A stretch of DNA of 64,000 nt from Carcharhinus longimanus (taxonomy: Eukaryota): assembly GCA_030264375.1 (NCBI GenBank), contig JASCQW010000099.1:43178417-43242416 (forward strand). Direction: 5' to 3'. The position numbers and the translations under genes were made by a program. Below the pieces are notes generated by a model. That model saw only the letters and a list, made by a program, of their open reading frames with translations, had not been told where the DNA came from and ran no database searches. Shown in pieces: positions 11,688-24,499 of the stretch. The number at the start of each line of letters is the position of its first letter. Position 1 is the stretch's first letter.

Positions 11688-13008
11688 GGGGGTGATTCTC
11701 CCATGCTGCTGTGCTGATTTTTTTTTAACACAGCAGCTGGGAGAATTGCACAGGGGGTGATGTGCAGGGTTCGCATGAATATTCGTGCCCCACCAGCATC
11801 CCCCAGGGCTGGATTTCTAGCTGCTCCATGCTGGAAATTAGCAGGGAGGTGGGGCTAGTATTTAAATCATGTTTTAAATATCATTTAAATACAATTAGCT
11901 GGCTTGCGACTGAATTCCTTGGGCCTGCTATCCTCTCCCACCTCAACAGTGTTTCACCCCAGCGGGGTTTAGAGTAGCTCCCCACTTTCAGGGTGCCCCC
12001 CAGTTGGAGTGAAGGGGGGGAGCAATCGGGGCTCACCAGGGGATCGAGTGGCAGGCAGGTGATGCCCCTGTGCCAAACTGTGTCCCCTGGCACTCCCCAA
12101 GTGGCAAAGTGCCCAGGAGGCATCTTGGCACTGCCCACTGAGCATGGGGCAGTGTCAAAGGAGTGGTGCACATGGGGATGGGGCCTAGGGGGCAATCACT
12201 GGGGTGGGGGAGGAGTCCCGCTGCCACTCTGAATTGGGACTGATGCGGGCAGGAGGCCAGTGATCGGGACAGGCTGGGGGTGAGGTCTGCTGGGGTGGCG
12301 AGGGTGCTTGCTGGGGGGGCGTGGCAGTGGCAGTGTGGGGGGGACGTGGAAGTCTGGGACGAGGGGCTNNNNNNNNNNNNNNNNNNNNNNNNNNNNNNNN
12401 NNNNNNNNNNNNNNNNNNNNNNNNNNNNNNNNNNNNNNNNNNNNNNNNNNNNNNNNNNNNNNNNNNNNTGGCGAGGGTGCTTGCTGGGGGGGCGTGGCAT
12501 TGGCATTGTGGGGGGGAAGTGGAAGTCTGGGACGAGGGGATTGAGGCTGGCCCAGGAATTGTTGGGAGGCTGCGATCGAGCTATGGGAGTGTGGGGGACA
12601 GCACTGTGGGTCCTGGGCCGACCAGCAATCAAGCTGGCCAGCAGATGAGAGATTGACACTTTGGGGCCACTGCACATGCACAGAAACCAGCTGGTTTCCA
12701 CCTCCTCAGTGGGAATAGGCCCCGCTCCCTGAAATCTGATGATATTCACAGTGGTGGCCTCACCAGTACACAGAGTGAGGGACACTCTAGTCCGAACTCC
12801 CACTGAAAAAAACCAATGTGAATTACTCCAGTTTCCCCACAAATTCAATACTTATGCTGGTATTCTCCCGTCCTGCCTGCCATTGGAATTTTACCCAGTG
12901 GGTTGCAGAGAATGTGAAGTGCCATTGACGGTTGGGCAGGAATTTCCGGCTTTTAGACCAGCATGGCCAGTGAATTTTACTCTTGGAATCTTTTGGAGAA
13001 TTCCAGCC
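11688..13008. mobile_element. GC-rich Harbinger-type MITE
   Basis: Termini GGGGGTGATTCTCC and GGAGAATTCCAGCC; homologous to 2191-3149. Confidence 0.7.
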
Positions 13009-14329
13009 CAGAATTTGGTTCTGGCAAGAAAAATGGAATGAATCTCATTGACGGCTGTGACCTAGTTTCTGACTGAATCTTGAGTCTGATTAGCCAGAGT
13101 TCTATGGACATGGGAATCACATTGTGCTCATGGTCCTTTCCCCACCCCCGCAGAATGGCTGAACATAATCATGCCAATCACTGGGGAGCTCCAGTTTCTG
13201 ATATTGCCAAGGTTTCTCTTTCTTCTCCAGTTTTGTGATCATTATAACATCAGAATCATGTGATGTTAACCCTTTATGCTGCCTCTCTCCCAAAGATTTT
13301 ATCCTGATCATTTTTAGATCCTCCTACAAAGATGCCTTTCAAACCAATTTCAAAAGATATTAGCAGCCTGCTAGTATAATTTAGAATAGAATAAACCTGC
13401 TAACAAGTTAAACCATGAGATAAAATTGTGTTAGCTTACAATTCTGGTTTGGGTCTATCTCACCTAATGGTTCCTAATAGTCTCTGCATTAATAAGAAAA
13501 ATACCCAATTCTGTGGATATTAATTGAAACTTGATTTAGGCGAGTTAATAAGGCACAAGTACTCATGTAGTAACGATACTGGGTTGAAGTTTCAGTTGAT
13601 AGATTGAAACCGGTTTTCCACAACTCGTTTCATTGGAAGGCCTGAGCAATGGCTCCCGGCCTTAATGCAAAGGCACTTTCAAGAAAGTACAAGAAGAAAG
13701 TGAGAGTGAAAAGATTGGTGATGGTCCACCTCATAGTGGGAAAAAGTCATGCAGATAAATGACACAGTCCTGTCAATCAGAGATGGAGAAACTGAAAACC
13801 AAGGGATATCAAATCCTCACATTGCTTCCTTTGTACTTCAGGATGAATAGTATTGAGCCTCCATTGTCTCATGGCATCTGACCCACACATTCCCCCCTCA
13901 CCTACAAAATAACATGAATCTTGACAGGATGAGTGGTGTCTGCTGTCAGTATCATACCTTGTCGAGGTGTTCTCCACTGTGTACTGCTTGAATTGAAAGA
14001 TGCTTTGGCATTCTTGGGGTTTGGAGTTCCAAAGGATTAACCTTTGTCTCCAGGCTGTGCAACTAGATTGAGCTCTGGCTATTAAACTGGCCTCAAAGAT
14101 TCGTCAGTTACTCACTCTTGCACCAACATTTATCATGACGAGACACAGCCACATCCTGAGAGGTGTGCAAGTTTCAAGCAAATCCCTAATGGGCAACCTC
14201 ATTCTTCTAGGTCTTCAATGCTTTTCAGTTAAACAACCTTGCGTGAGAGCAATTAATGCCCCCTCACTGCTGCACCTGATGGTCAGAGTTTGCAGTGAAG
14301 TGAATTTAAATTTCCTTTCCAGTAACCCT

Positions 14330-15540
14330 CTCTGGCCTCTCTTTTAACTTTGATTTTCTAATTCTCCTTACAACTGAACCCTCCCCATCACTATTTAGTT
14401 TAAAGTCCTACCTACAGCCCTAGTTATATGATTTGCCAGAATTCTGGTCCCAACACAATTCAGATGAAGACTGTCCAATCAAAACTCATGGTCCCTTCTT
14501 CCCCAGTGTCCCATGAATTCAAATCCATTCCTCCCACACCAATCTTTGAGCCATGCATTCACCTTTTTAATCTTATTGATCCTGTGCCAATTAGCTTGTG
14601 GCTCTGGTAGTAACCCAGAGATTATTACCTTTTTAGGTTCTGCTTTTTAATTTAGCTCCTATCTGTTCATATTCCCTTAGCAGAACCTTTGTTCCTGTTC
14701 TACCTATTATCATTGGTACTTACTTGGACCACAATAGCTGGGTCTTTACCCTCCTACTCCAAGATCCTCTGCAGCCTAGATGAGATATCCCGAACCTGAG
14801 CACCAGGCAGGCAACCCAACCTTCAGATTCTTGATCCTGGTTACAGAGAAAAGTATCAATGCCCCTAAATATACTATCCCCAATTACAACTACCTTTCTT
14901 TTTTCTCCCTCCACTTGAATAGCTCCCTGTACCATGGCGCCATGATTAGTTTGCTCATTCTCCCTGCAGCACTTGTTCCTGTCCACACAGGGAGCAAGAA
15001 CCTCAAACTTGTTGGACAAGTTCATGGACTGAGGCTCCTGCAACCCTACCTCCTGTCCCTGAACAAGGTATTTAATTTAATGCCTCCTGGAACAGTGTTC
15101 GGTATCTCTCCCCCTCCCTGATGTGTTGCAGTACCCCAAAGTTCAGAATCCAGCACTGAGCTGGAGTTCCTCAAACAACCAACACTTACTACAGACATGC
15201 TCAAAGGGAACCACAGTGGGTTCCACCAGCTCCCACATCATGCATGAACAACACACCACCTGATCCTCCATCTCTACTTTATTTAATTAGTTTTTAATTT
15301 GGGTTTTAAATTTCTTTTACTTAAAAAAAAATATATACCCCTTATTACCTCAGTCTCAATGCAATGTCTAACCAGTAATTTAAATGGGTTTCCAAATTTG
15401 GTACAGCTCCCTGTTAGCCAATCAAATCACAGCCCCCATGATGTCATTAAGTTTTTGGTCTGAAATCACTTCAGTTTCAGCCAATCAAGAGTAACACTTA
15501 CTGACCAATCAGCACTCTTGTAGCCTCTGCTGCCTGTTTC
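14330..15540 (-). mobile_element. CR1 LINE 5' region with decayed ORF1 (Cys motif plus SGNH/GDSL esterase)
   Basis: ATG at 15271 reads MEDQVVCCSCMMWELVEP...VCSKC; further on LSNKFEVL and RKVVVIGDSIFRGID, typical of CR1 ORF1. Confidence 0.85.
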
Positions 15541-15599
15541 TCCTAACTCCATTTTCACCCAAAAGCAGTCAGGTAGCACTCACCATGCCAGATAATACT

Positions 15600-16117
15600 T
15601 TCCCCCTGGCCACCACAGATATTGCCCCATTCCCACAACATTACTGACCCCTATTATCCCCCTCACCCAGACCGATTTGTGGGCCCCTTCCCCCCCTGCG
15701 CTGATCACAGGCAGAGTGGTAGCGGACCCACTCCCCCGCCCCCACCCCCAACTGATTTCAAGCAGAGTGCCGTCGGACCCTTGGCACTTACCTTCTCACT
15801 AACTGAGCGCCTGAATCGGGCTTCTATGGAGCATGTCTGTTTTGCATCGATTCTGGATGGGCGAACAAGGTGATAAAGCGGGAAGTGTCAGTAACGTTGG
15901 GTGTGCAGCCCATTAAGTCAAGTTAAATGCATGCAAATGAATTTAAATGGCCATCATGCCCATTTCGGGCGTGGTTCTAATCGCAGCCACTTTTAGGCTT
16001 TGGTAAAGGGGGAACCGGAATGGAGGTGGGCGTGGATCGCACTACTTGTCTCATGCCTGACTTTACCAAGTTTTCACGCCCAAAACCGGGTGCAACGCGA
16101 TGGTAAAATTGGGTCCT
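15600..16117. mobile_element. Harbinger-type MITE fragment
   Basis: GC/CpG-rich sequence ending GGTAAAATTGGGTCC|TAA, similar to other MITE termini here. Confidence 0.5.
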
Positions 16118-17044
16118 AAGTCTCTGTTTTGGACCTCTGTCTTGTTCGACCTACAGATCGCACTACAGCACCATCTTGTGCTATGGATGGTGAATGTCTT
16201 CTTTAACCCAATGTCCGAGCGAGATCATTGATGGCAGCACTCACATCCTGGTGACGTCCATTCGAAAAACTTGAAACTTTTCAGAAACTTTTATATTGAG
16301 AAGGATTATCTGAAAAATATTTGCCAGAGGGAATTGCCATAGCAGCTGTAAAGACTGGGCCTTTATTGATAGCAGATAAGCTGAACTGTAAACACTTCCA
16401 TGAAGTGCCGCTGAAACTTGAATTCATTTCACTGGCAATTTTCCCAAACTCTTGGAAATCTGTGCTGGAAGCATGAAATTCAAATCCCTGTGAAAACCAT
16501 TTAAAACTCTCCTCATTAACATGTCCTAATGATTGTCCGGCCTCTGGCGAAAGCTGACTCACAGGCAGCCAAGCTCCTCTCCAACAAATTGGGAAATAGG
16601 TGTGCTGGAGGTGGGATGCATTTGTACTCGGGAGAGTTTTGATTTTTTTAATTCCTGCAATACTTGAACCCATCTGCCTTTGGGTGTTAAAATCCCTCCC
16701 AATGAGTCTCATAAATGTATATGCCCAGTTGCATTTTAAGCCTCTTCTAAAGGAGATTAAATATACAGTCACTATAACTAATCTGTGCTCTCCTCCCACC
16801 TGTTTGTTGGAAGATTTAGAAATATGCTTGATGATCCCATCTCCCCATGTTCCTTCACTTAAAAGCATAAAATACCCCCCGGTATTTGCCTTATTTAATC
16901 ACTGCATTCCAGTTTGGACGCCTCATCGTGTTCAAAGGTCAGTGGCAAGAGGGCCTGAAGGTTTCATTCGTAAAAGACATGTGATGTTTCCCAGTGTGTT
17001 TCCAAGCAAAAACCTAGGAGCAACAGCCAGGTTTTGGATGGGAC

Positions 17045-17821
17045 TGTGGTGACTGTCCCTTTAAGGATCCATCTGCAGAATAAGGGTCATATGACCTAGA
17101 AAACCAATGGGGGATGGGGGCTGGGGGGGGCGTGGTTTAACAGGGCAGGGGAATCATTCTACTGAGGTCAGGGCCGAAAACCTACCACCTCGTCCGATTC
17201 CGGGGCGGGCAAGGTTCCCAGAACGGAAACCTCCGTTGGCCTCGGGCAGGGTTTTACAATCTCACCCGAGTGAGGCCGTAAAATCCCACCCCAGGTTTCT
17301 GTTCCAGAACTTTCTTGGGATCTGGCTGCAGCCATGAGGCTGTAAGCCTCTATGTAGCCTTTACCTGTGAATGAATGTGTTGTCGTTTTTCCCTTAACTG
17401 GTGGACAGGAATTATTACAAGGACATTTTCTCTGCCTCTGTGTCACAGCAGGAGTGCACCAGGATCCCTCTCCCTGTTGCCTATCGCCACCTCGCCCAGC
17501 TAAAGCTGCCAGGCTTTCTACATGTTTCCAGCTTCCAACGTGGGAAAATGTGTCTGGGAAGAAACTCCGAAGTGGCCATTAATTGACCACTTAAAGGCCT
17601 CAGTTGGCTTACAGATGGTTGGGTCACCTGCTGCACATATGATTGTTGGGAGGGAATGGTGCCCATGGCATTGTGCCCAGTTTTACAATATGCCACCCAT
17701 GGCCTGCTTGCCAACCTGTCTCCAGGGATGTGTAAAGTGCAGGTTTCTGGCCCCAGTCAGATGTGACTCCCAAGCACCTGTCTGGGGAGCCACTTTCCAG
17801 CATACAACTGAATCCAGGGCC
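17045..17821. mobile_element. LTR-like fragment with nested MITEs
   Basis: TGTGGTGACTGTCCCTTTAAGG...TGACCT LTR-like start; small TIR element at about 17171-17291; MITE motif GGCCATTAATTGACCACTTAAAGGCCT at 17575. Confidence 0.45.
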
Positions 17822-18767
17822 TAAACTTCAATCAGTGTCAGGAGCTTTGCCACAGAAACACCCCTTACCCCAACTCCATTTGAAAACCTATGCTTGTAAT
17901 TGTGAAGATCTACTTTAGTAAATTCCAGTTGCACAGTTTACAAATAATCGTGCCAAAACAGTACTTGTCACCAACAGATACCAATAGCTGAATTTTCAAC
18001 CTTACTGCCATGGCTTTTTCCATTGAGGCTTGGGAAGACAAGAACTAGAGGACTTGGGTTAAGGGTGAAAGGGAAAANNNNNNNNNNNNNNNNNNNNNNN
18101 NNNNNNNNNNNNNNNNNNNNNNNNNNNNNNNNNNNNNNNNNNNNNNNNNNNNNNNNNNNNNNNNNNNNNNNNNNNNNNNNNNNNNNNNNNNNNNNNNNNN
18201 NNNNNNNNNNNNNNNNNNNNNNNNNNNNNNNNNNNNNNNNNNNNNNNNNNNNNNNNNNNNNNNNNNNNNNNNNNNNNNNNNNNNNNNNNNNNNNNNNNNN
18301 NNNNNNNNNNNNNNNNNNNNNNNNNNNNNNNNNNNNNNNNNNNNNNNNNNNNNNNNNNNNNNNNNNNNNNNNNNNNNNNNNNNNNNNNNNNNNNNNNNNN
18401 NNNNNNNNNNNNNNNNNNNNNNNNNNNNNNNNNNNNNNNNNNNNNNNNNNNNNNNNNNNNNNNNNNNNNNNNNNNNNNNNNNNNNNNNNNNNNNNNNNNN
18501 NNNNNNNNNNNNNNNNNNNNNNNNNNNNNNNNNNNNNNNNNNNNNNNNNNNNNNNNNNNNNNNNNNNNNNNNNNNNNNNNNNNNNNNNNNNNNNNNNNNN
18601 NNNNNNNNNNNNNNNNNNNNNNNNNNNNNNNNNNNNNNNNNNNNNNNNNNNNNNNNNNNNNNNNNNNNNNNNNNNNNNNNNNNNNNNNNNNNNNNNNNNN
18701 NNNNNNNNNNNNNNNNNNNNNNNNNNNNNNNNNNNNNNNNNNNNNNNNNNNNNNNNNNNNNNNNNNT

Positions 18768-19765
18768 GAGCTGTAGTCAATAAATAGGAGTCTGACATAG
18801 GTGTCCTTGTTATCTAGGTGTTCCAGGGTTGAGTGCAGGGCCACAGAAATGTCATCTGCTGTGGACCTGTTGCGGTTGTAAGCAAACTGTAGTGGATCCA
18901 GGTCTACTGGAAGGCTGGAATTGATTTGTGCCATGACTAACCTTTCGAAGTACTTCATAATGATTGATGTCAGAGCCACCGGCTGATAAGTCATTAAGGA
19001 ACTTTTGCTTGGTTTTTCTTAGGTACCGGGATGATGGTCGTCTTCTTGAAGTAGATAGGGACCCCAGATTCTTGTAAAGAGAGGTTGAAGATGTCTGTGA
19101 ACACCCACGCCAGCCGATCCACGCAGGATCTGAGTGCACGTCTGGATACCCCATCTGGGCCAGTTGCTTTCCGTGGGTTGACCTTCAAGAAAGCTGCTCT
19201 GGCATCTGCAATAGTGACCCCAAATATAGGTTCATCCAGGGCTCCCGGGAGGAGGGCATGCTCTCGCTGACCTCTTGCTCAAAACGGGCTTAGAATGCAT
19301 TGAGCTCATCAGGGAGGGGTGCGTTGGAGCTGGCGATTTTACATGTCTTCATCTTGGAGTCTGTTATATCTTGCCATAGTCAGCAGGGGTGGTTGTTGCT
19401 AGCCTGGTACTCTAGCTTGGTCCAGTTTTGGCATCTTTGATGGATCTCCTTAGGTCGTATCAGACTTTCTTGTGCAGGTCAGTGTCAGCTGACTTGTAAT
19501 GTCTCAGACCTGGACTTCAGCAAGCAGTGGATATCCCTGTTCATCCATGGTTTCCGATTGGGGAACACATGGATTTGCTTCTTTGGCACACAGTTTTCTA
19601 CACACTTACTAATGAAGTCAGTTACCGTCATGGCATGCTTGTTCAGGCTGCTTGTAGAGTTTTTAAATACTGACCAGTCCACTGACTCCAAGCAGCCCTG
19701 TAAGTGATCATCTGATTCCTCAGACCAACATTGCGCAACACTCTTTGATGTATTCTCCTGCCTCA
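18768..19765 (-). mobile_element. Rex1/Babar non-LTR retrotransposon RT fragment
   Basis: [16 protein letters not shown]...[45 protein letters not shown]; KVNPRKATGPDGV; ESVDWSVF...FPNRKPWM. Runs into the N gap. Confidence 0.92.
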
Positions 19766-20192
19766 GGAGGCAGGCAGGTAATTAAACTTGTTGAACAGGA
19801 ATTATAGACACTGACTGGGATTTTCCAATCAGCCTCCAGTTTCCCAGTACCAAGGTGCGGGGATTGGCAGACAGAACAATTGCCTGGACAGGGGCTGCCA
19901 ACAGCAGTCTGGAGTGTCCATGCTCCTGACAGGTATACAGGCACTTCCTGCCAGCCTGGGTGTGGACACAGCTAAAGGCTGCCTTGTAGAGAATGGCTAT
20001 CTCATCACCTTGCACCCATGCCCTTAGAGTGCTGACCTGGCTATTTCTTGTGTTTTTAATTAAAGTTCCTAAGTGGGCACCTTCCTATTGAGGCACCCTT
20101 CCAGTTTCTATCTGGTACTGTAGTCAGGCCTCCACTGAAGTGGCAAGGCCTCTGATTGGCTCTCTATCTTTGACAAGCTGTCTGCTGCCCTT

Positions 20193-20880
20193 GACATAGA
20201 AAATAGAAGCAGGAGTAGGCCATTCAGCCCTTCCAGCTTGCTCCACTATTCATTACAATTATGGCTGATCATCCAACTTAATAGCCTGATCCTGCCTTCC
20301 CCCTCCTTATCTCTTGATGCCCTTCACCCCAAAGGTTAGATCTAAGTCCTTGAAAACATACAATCCCTGAAATTTTGATCCTGTTCATGCTGGTGGGATC
20401 TTACGGTCTCGCTGATGACACACCCCTGCCGCAGATTTTACGCAGTGCCCCATTGATAATGGCAGGACCGTAAAGTCCCACTGCTATGAAATGCAGCATG
20501 GAGTCGTAGAAAAGTCCTGCCCAACATTTGGCCTCAACTGCTCTCTGTGGTAGCAAATTCCACAGGCTCACCAGCCTTTGGGTGAAGAAATCTCTCCTCA
20601 TCTCAGTCCTAAAAGCTTTACCCTTGAGCAATGAGTTCTGGTTCTGGACATTGCATTGGGAACATCCTTCCTGCATCTGCCCTGTCTGGTCCTGTTAGAA
20701 TTTTATAGATTTCAATGAGATTCCTCCCTCATTCTTCTGAACCCAGCAAATTATATCCTAACCAACTCGCTCTTTCTTCATATGTCAGTCCTGCTATCCC
20801 CAGGATCAGTCTAGTAAACCTTCTCTGCATTCCTTCTACAGCAAGAACATCCTTCCTAGATAAAGAGACCAAAACTGTCC
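20193..20880 (-). mobile_element. CR1 LINE 3' end with a nested small MITE (~20365-20522)
   Basis: KGKAFRTEMRRDFFTQRLVSLWNLLPQRAVEA; tail GGCCTACTCCTGCTTCTATTTCTATG. Confidence 0.85.
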
Positions 20881-21019
20881 ATGTGCCAATTCAGAACTCA
20901 GTCATGTAATAATTTTTGAGTTTAATCCATATCCCATCAGAGGTGGATTTGGGGCCCAGAAAACATCCCTGACTCCTGTTTCCCACCTCCATGGGGAATA
21001 CTAAGCCCCATATGAACTG

Positions 21020-21150
21020 TTTTATTTATTAGTGTCACAAATAGGCTTACATTAACACTGCAGTGAAGTTACTGTGAAAATCCCCTTGTTGCCACACTCT
21101 GGCACCTGTTTGGGAGAATTTAGCATGGCCAATTCACCTTACCAGAACTG
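21020..21150 (-). mobile_element. V-SINE tail B fragment
   Basis: TTTATTTATTAGTGTCACAAATAGGCTTACATTAACACTGCAGTGAAGTTACTGTGAAAATCCCC. Confidence 0.8.
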
Positions 21151-22432
21151 TGGCCACTCCTCTACATTCATAAGATAATTAATCTAAACTGGTGAATTCA
21201 CTCTTTATGATTTTAATGCCTTTTACATGACAGTTCACAATGCCAGTGTGTTTATTTTGAACTCCAAGGCTGATGAAAAATAAATGAGGTATGATTTTCC
21301 ATATGCGCCTGTCTAATTGTTCAGTGCCCTTGCTCTTGAAGGTAGAGAGTCCCAATTCACAAAGCACTTCCATAACGGTTTAGTAATAACTTGTAGTGGA
21401 TTTTAGGAAATCAGGCAGAAAACATTTTCTTTTTGTGTGCATAAACCCAAGCTGATCATCTCCTGCTGTTGACTTCTGTCAGAGAGGACTATGGTAAAGA
21501 CTTCTGAAAAGGTTTATAACTAATGGAATTTCACACATCAGAACAGTTTACGCGCTGGTCTCTCATGGATGCCTGTAGTTCAGTAACTGCACAGAAGTGC
21601 AAGGATTGTATGTCAGAATGAATTAAATGATAATGGACATGCCTCCGTATTCAACTGAAGGGCTGTGTGATTGAAAGACAAGCTGACCACAGGACAAATC
21701 TGAGTCAAGCTCAGCTTCCGATTATCAAATTCTGTTTCTGAAACACCATCAGCTCACGGGTTTTACATGTTAATCCTACTTTGTTTCAGTATTTCAAGTT
21801 TGTTTCTTTATCCTGATGAAAAAGTACAATGCACCCTTGTTCTGTAGTGCTTGTGTTAGGAGCGTATGCTGGAGTCAGTGGATTGTGCTGTCAGTCAGTG
21901 TGTAACACTGACTTGAAACTGTCTTCTGTGTCGCAGGTTCAAGCTAATGGCATCTCTTAGCTTCACACAACTGAACATGTTTTCAGGAACAGGAAGAAGC
22001 CTCAATGGTGTTGAAAAATAATCACTAACAACTTGCAGGTTAGTTGCAATTTAACCTGCGTTTAAGTCTGTGGAAGCGAGTGATGATTGGAAGAATTGGT
22101 TGCAGTTGGTGAAATCTGCAGAGTGAGGTTGCACGTGGAGATGGTGGGGTTGGGCGGGAGTTTTCCCCTCCCGCCTGCCATGGCAATTGTAGTGGGCAGA
22201 AGGCGGACCATGTGCAGGTCCATTGACCTTAGGCAAGTTTTGGGGTGAGTGCGATTGGAAAATCCCACCCCTTGCGACTGTAAGGGATCTGGGAATACCA
22301 CTTTCTCCCAGTCTGCTCTCATTCTGATTCCCTTTGGGCTGTGACAGGAGAGGGAGATAGATTGGAGGCAAAAAGGAAGAGGGCAAGTTGCTGAAGAGGG
22401 GGAGAAGGCTCCCAGCAGGAGGCTTTGTCTAT

Positions 22433-23220
22433 TGGGAGAATAGATTCCCTAATGCAGGGATCGGTGTTGGGTCCATTGTTGTTTGTCGTCTATATCAGTG
22501 ATCTGGATGATAATGTGGTAAATTGGGTCAGCAAATTTGCTGATGATACAAAGATTGGAGGAGTAGTGGACAGTGAGGAAGGTTTTCAAAGCTTGGAGAG
22601 GGATTTGGACTAGCTAGAAAAATGGGCTGAAAAATGGCAGATGGAGTTTAATGCAGACAGGTGTGAGGTATTGCACTTTGGAAGGACAAACCAAGGTAGA
22701 ACGTACAGGGTAAATGGTAGGACACTGAAGAGTGTAGCAGAACAGAGGGATCTGGGAATACAGATACATAATTCCCTAAAGGTGGCGTCACAGGTGGATA
22801 GGGTCATAAAGAGTGCTTTTGGTACATTGGCCTTTATAAATCAAAGTATTGAGTATAAGAATTGGAATGTTATGGTGAGGTTGTATAAGACATTGGTGAG
22901 GCCGAATTTAGAGNNNNNNNNNNNNNNNNNNNNNNNNNNNNNNNNNNNNNNNNNNNNNNNNNNNNNNNNNNNNNNNNNNNNNNNNNNNNNNNNNNNNNNN
23001 NNNNNNNNNNNNNGTGTGGAATGAACTGTCGAATAAAGTGGTAAATGCGGGGTCACTTTTAACATTTAAGAAAAACTTGGACAGGTTCATGGACGAGAGG
23101 GGTATGGAGGGATATGGTTCAAAGGCAGGTCAGTGGGACTAGGCAAAAAGTGACTCAGCACAGACAAGAAGGGCCAAAAGGCCTGTTTCTGAGCTGTAAT
23201 TTTCTATGGTTCTGTGGTTC
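22433..23220 (+). mobile_element. CR1 (HER1-like) LINE, 5'-truncated RT and 3' end
   Basis: QGSVLGPLLFVVYISDLD...SKFADDTKIGG; WQMEFNADRCEVLHFG; LYKTLVRPNLE; tail TTCTATGGTTCTGTGGTTC. Confidence 0.93.
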
Positions 23221-23406
23221 CACACCTAAGCCAGGAACACTGTGCATTATCTGTGCTTTATAAAAGAGGTTTCTAACACTACTTGCAGTCAGATCTGCCA
23301 TCTCAGTGCAAGGCAATATTGGCACTGCCAGTGGCAGTGAAGGTGATGGTGTCTCCTTGAATTTTTTTGCATTGGGATTCTTTCAGGCTGGACCAGGTCA
23401 CTTGTA

Positions 23407-24480
23407 GGGCAGAATTTTCCCAACAAATTTCTATGTGTCGTTAGAGCGAGAGAACAGGAGTTTTCCATGCCGGTCTTTTTGTCATGCTCCACATCGCAAT
23501 CTTTTGATACGGAGTGTAATGAAAGAGCCTCTGTGCGATTCACATCCTGATGGAGGCTGCAAGTGGGTTACTTGCCCAAAGTGACTGTAGTTGTAAACAC
23601 TAATGACGCGCTCAGTCAGCGATGCCAGGAAGATGGCATCGTGTAGAGCAGCTCTATGGAGGAGGATCTGGGCTGGCTGCTGGAGGAGAAGAGGGCCATT
23701 CTCTTCTCCTGGGACGGTTGACAGTCCAGGTGTCAGGCCGGCAATGCAGCCTGGGAAGCAGTGGCAGTCAGTGCCCATGTACTGGCACAGAGGACTGGAG
23801 CCCAGTGCTGAAAGAAAATTAAGGACCTTCTCCGGGCAGAAAAGGTGAATGTTCATCCTGTCCTGCCATCAATCCCATCCACCATGCCTGGAATGTCTGC
23901 ATCAATCCACTCCCTGCACTGGCAGCTTTCCAACACCTGACCCCCAGAACTTAGTTTCAACCCCTTTGGCAAACCCCTATCACAAACCCTGCCTGTCGAG
24001 GCATAGACCTGACATACGCCACCTGATTGCCCCACTCCCAACACCCCTGATACACTGCACCCTTCCAGTCATCAGGCTTTCAATCCCCCTCCTGTCTTCA
24101 CAGGAAAAGGTGCTCCATAATCACAGTGCAGACTGGAGGTGGGGTCCCACAGCAGTGAATCCTCACTGCCCTAGAGGAGCAAGCAATGGAGGCCAAGGAC
24201 AGAGCTGCGACTGACAGTCAGGTTGGCTTCTGTCACAGAAATGAGAAGTCATAAAACCTTAATTAATATAACCTATCTCAAGAAAGTTGTAATCTGCCCA
24301 GAATACCTGCCCCTCCCTTGCCCTTACCCATCTGTTGTCTTCTGCAGGAAATGGTCCCGATGAGGCGGGGCCCTCTGGAGTCGGTGCCACACCCTGCTGC
24401 CCTTGTGGAGACCCCAGTCAACATCTCGGAGGAGGGACCTGGTGACACCCTCCAGGAAAGCACCCAGCAGAATGTGTGTG
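23407..24480 (+). pseudogene. PIF/Harbinger element with decayed Myb/SANT-like gene
   Basis: TIR GGGCAGAATTTTCC at 23407. Exon 23633-23844 reads EEKRAILF...AAWEAVA...RTGAQC*KKIKDL then GTGAAT donor. Exon from 24104 reads EKVLHN...QTGGGVP. Confidence 0.75.
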
Positions 24481-24499
24481 TGTGCTCATGGCCTCCAGG

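Noticed and set aside
17968-18798. 248-311 aa ORFs
   Set aside because: Almost entirely N-gap; the only real part is Rex1 RT.
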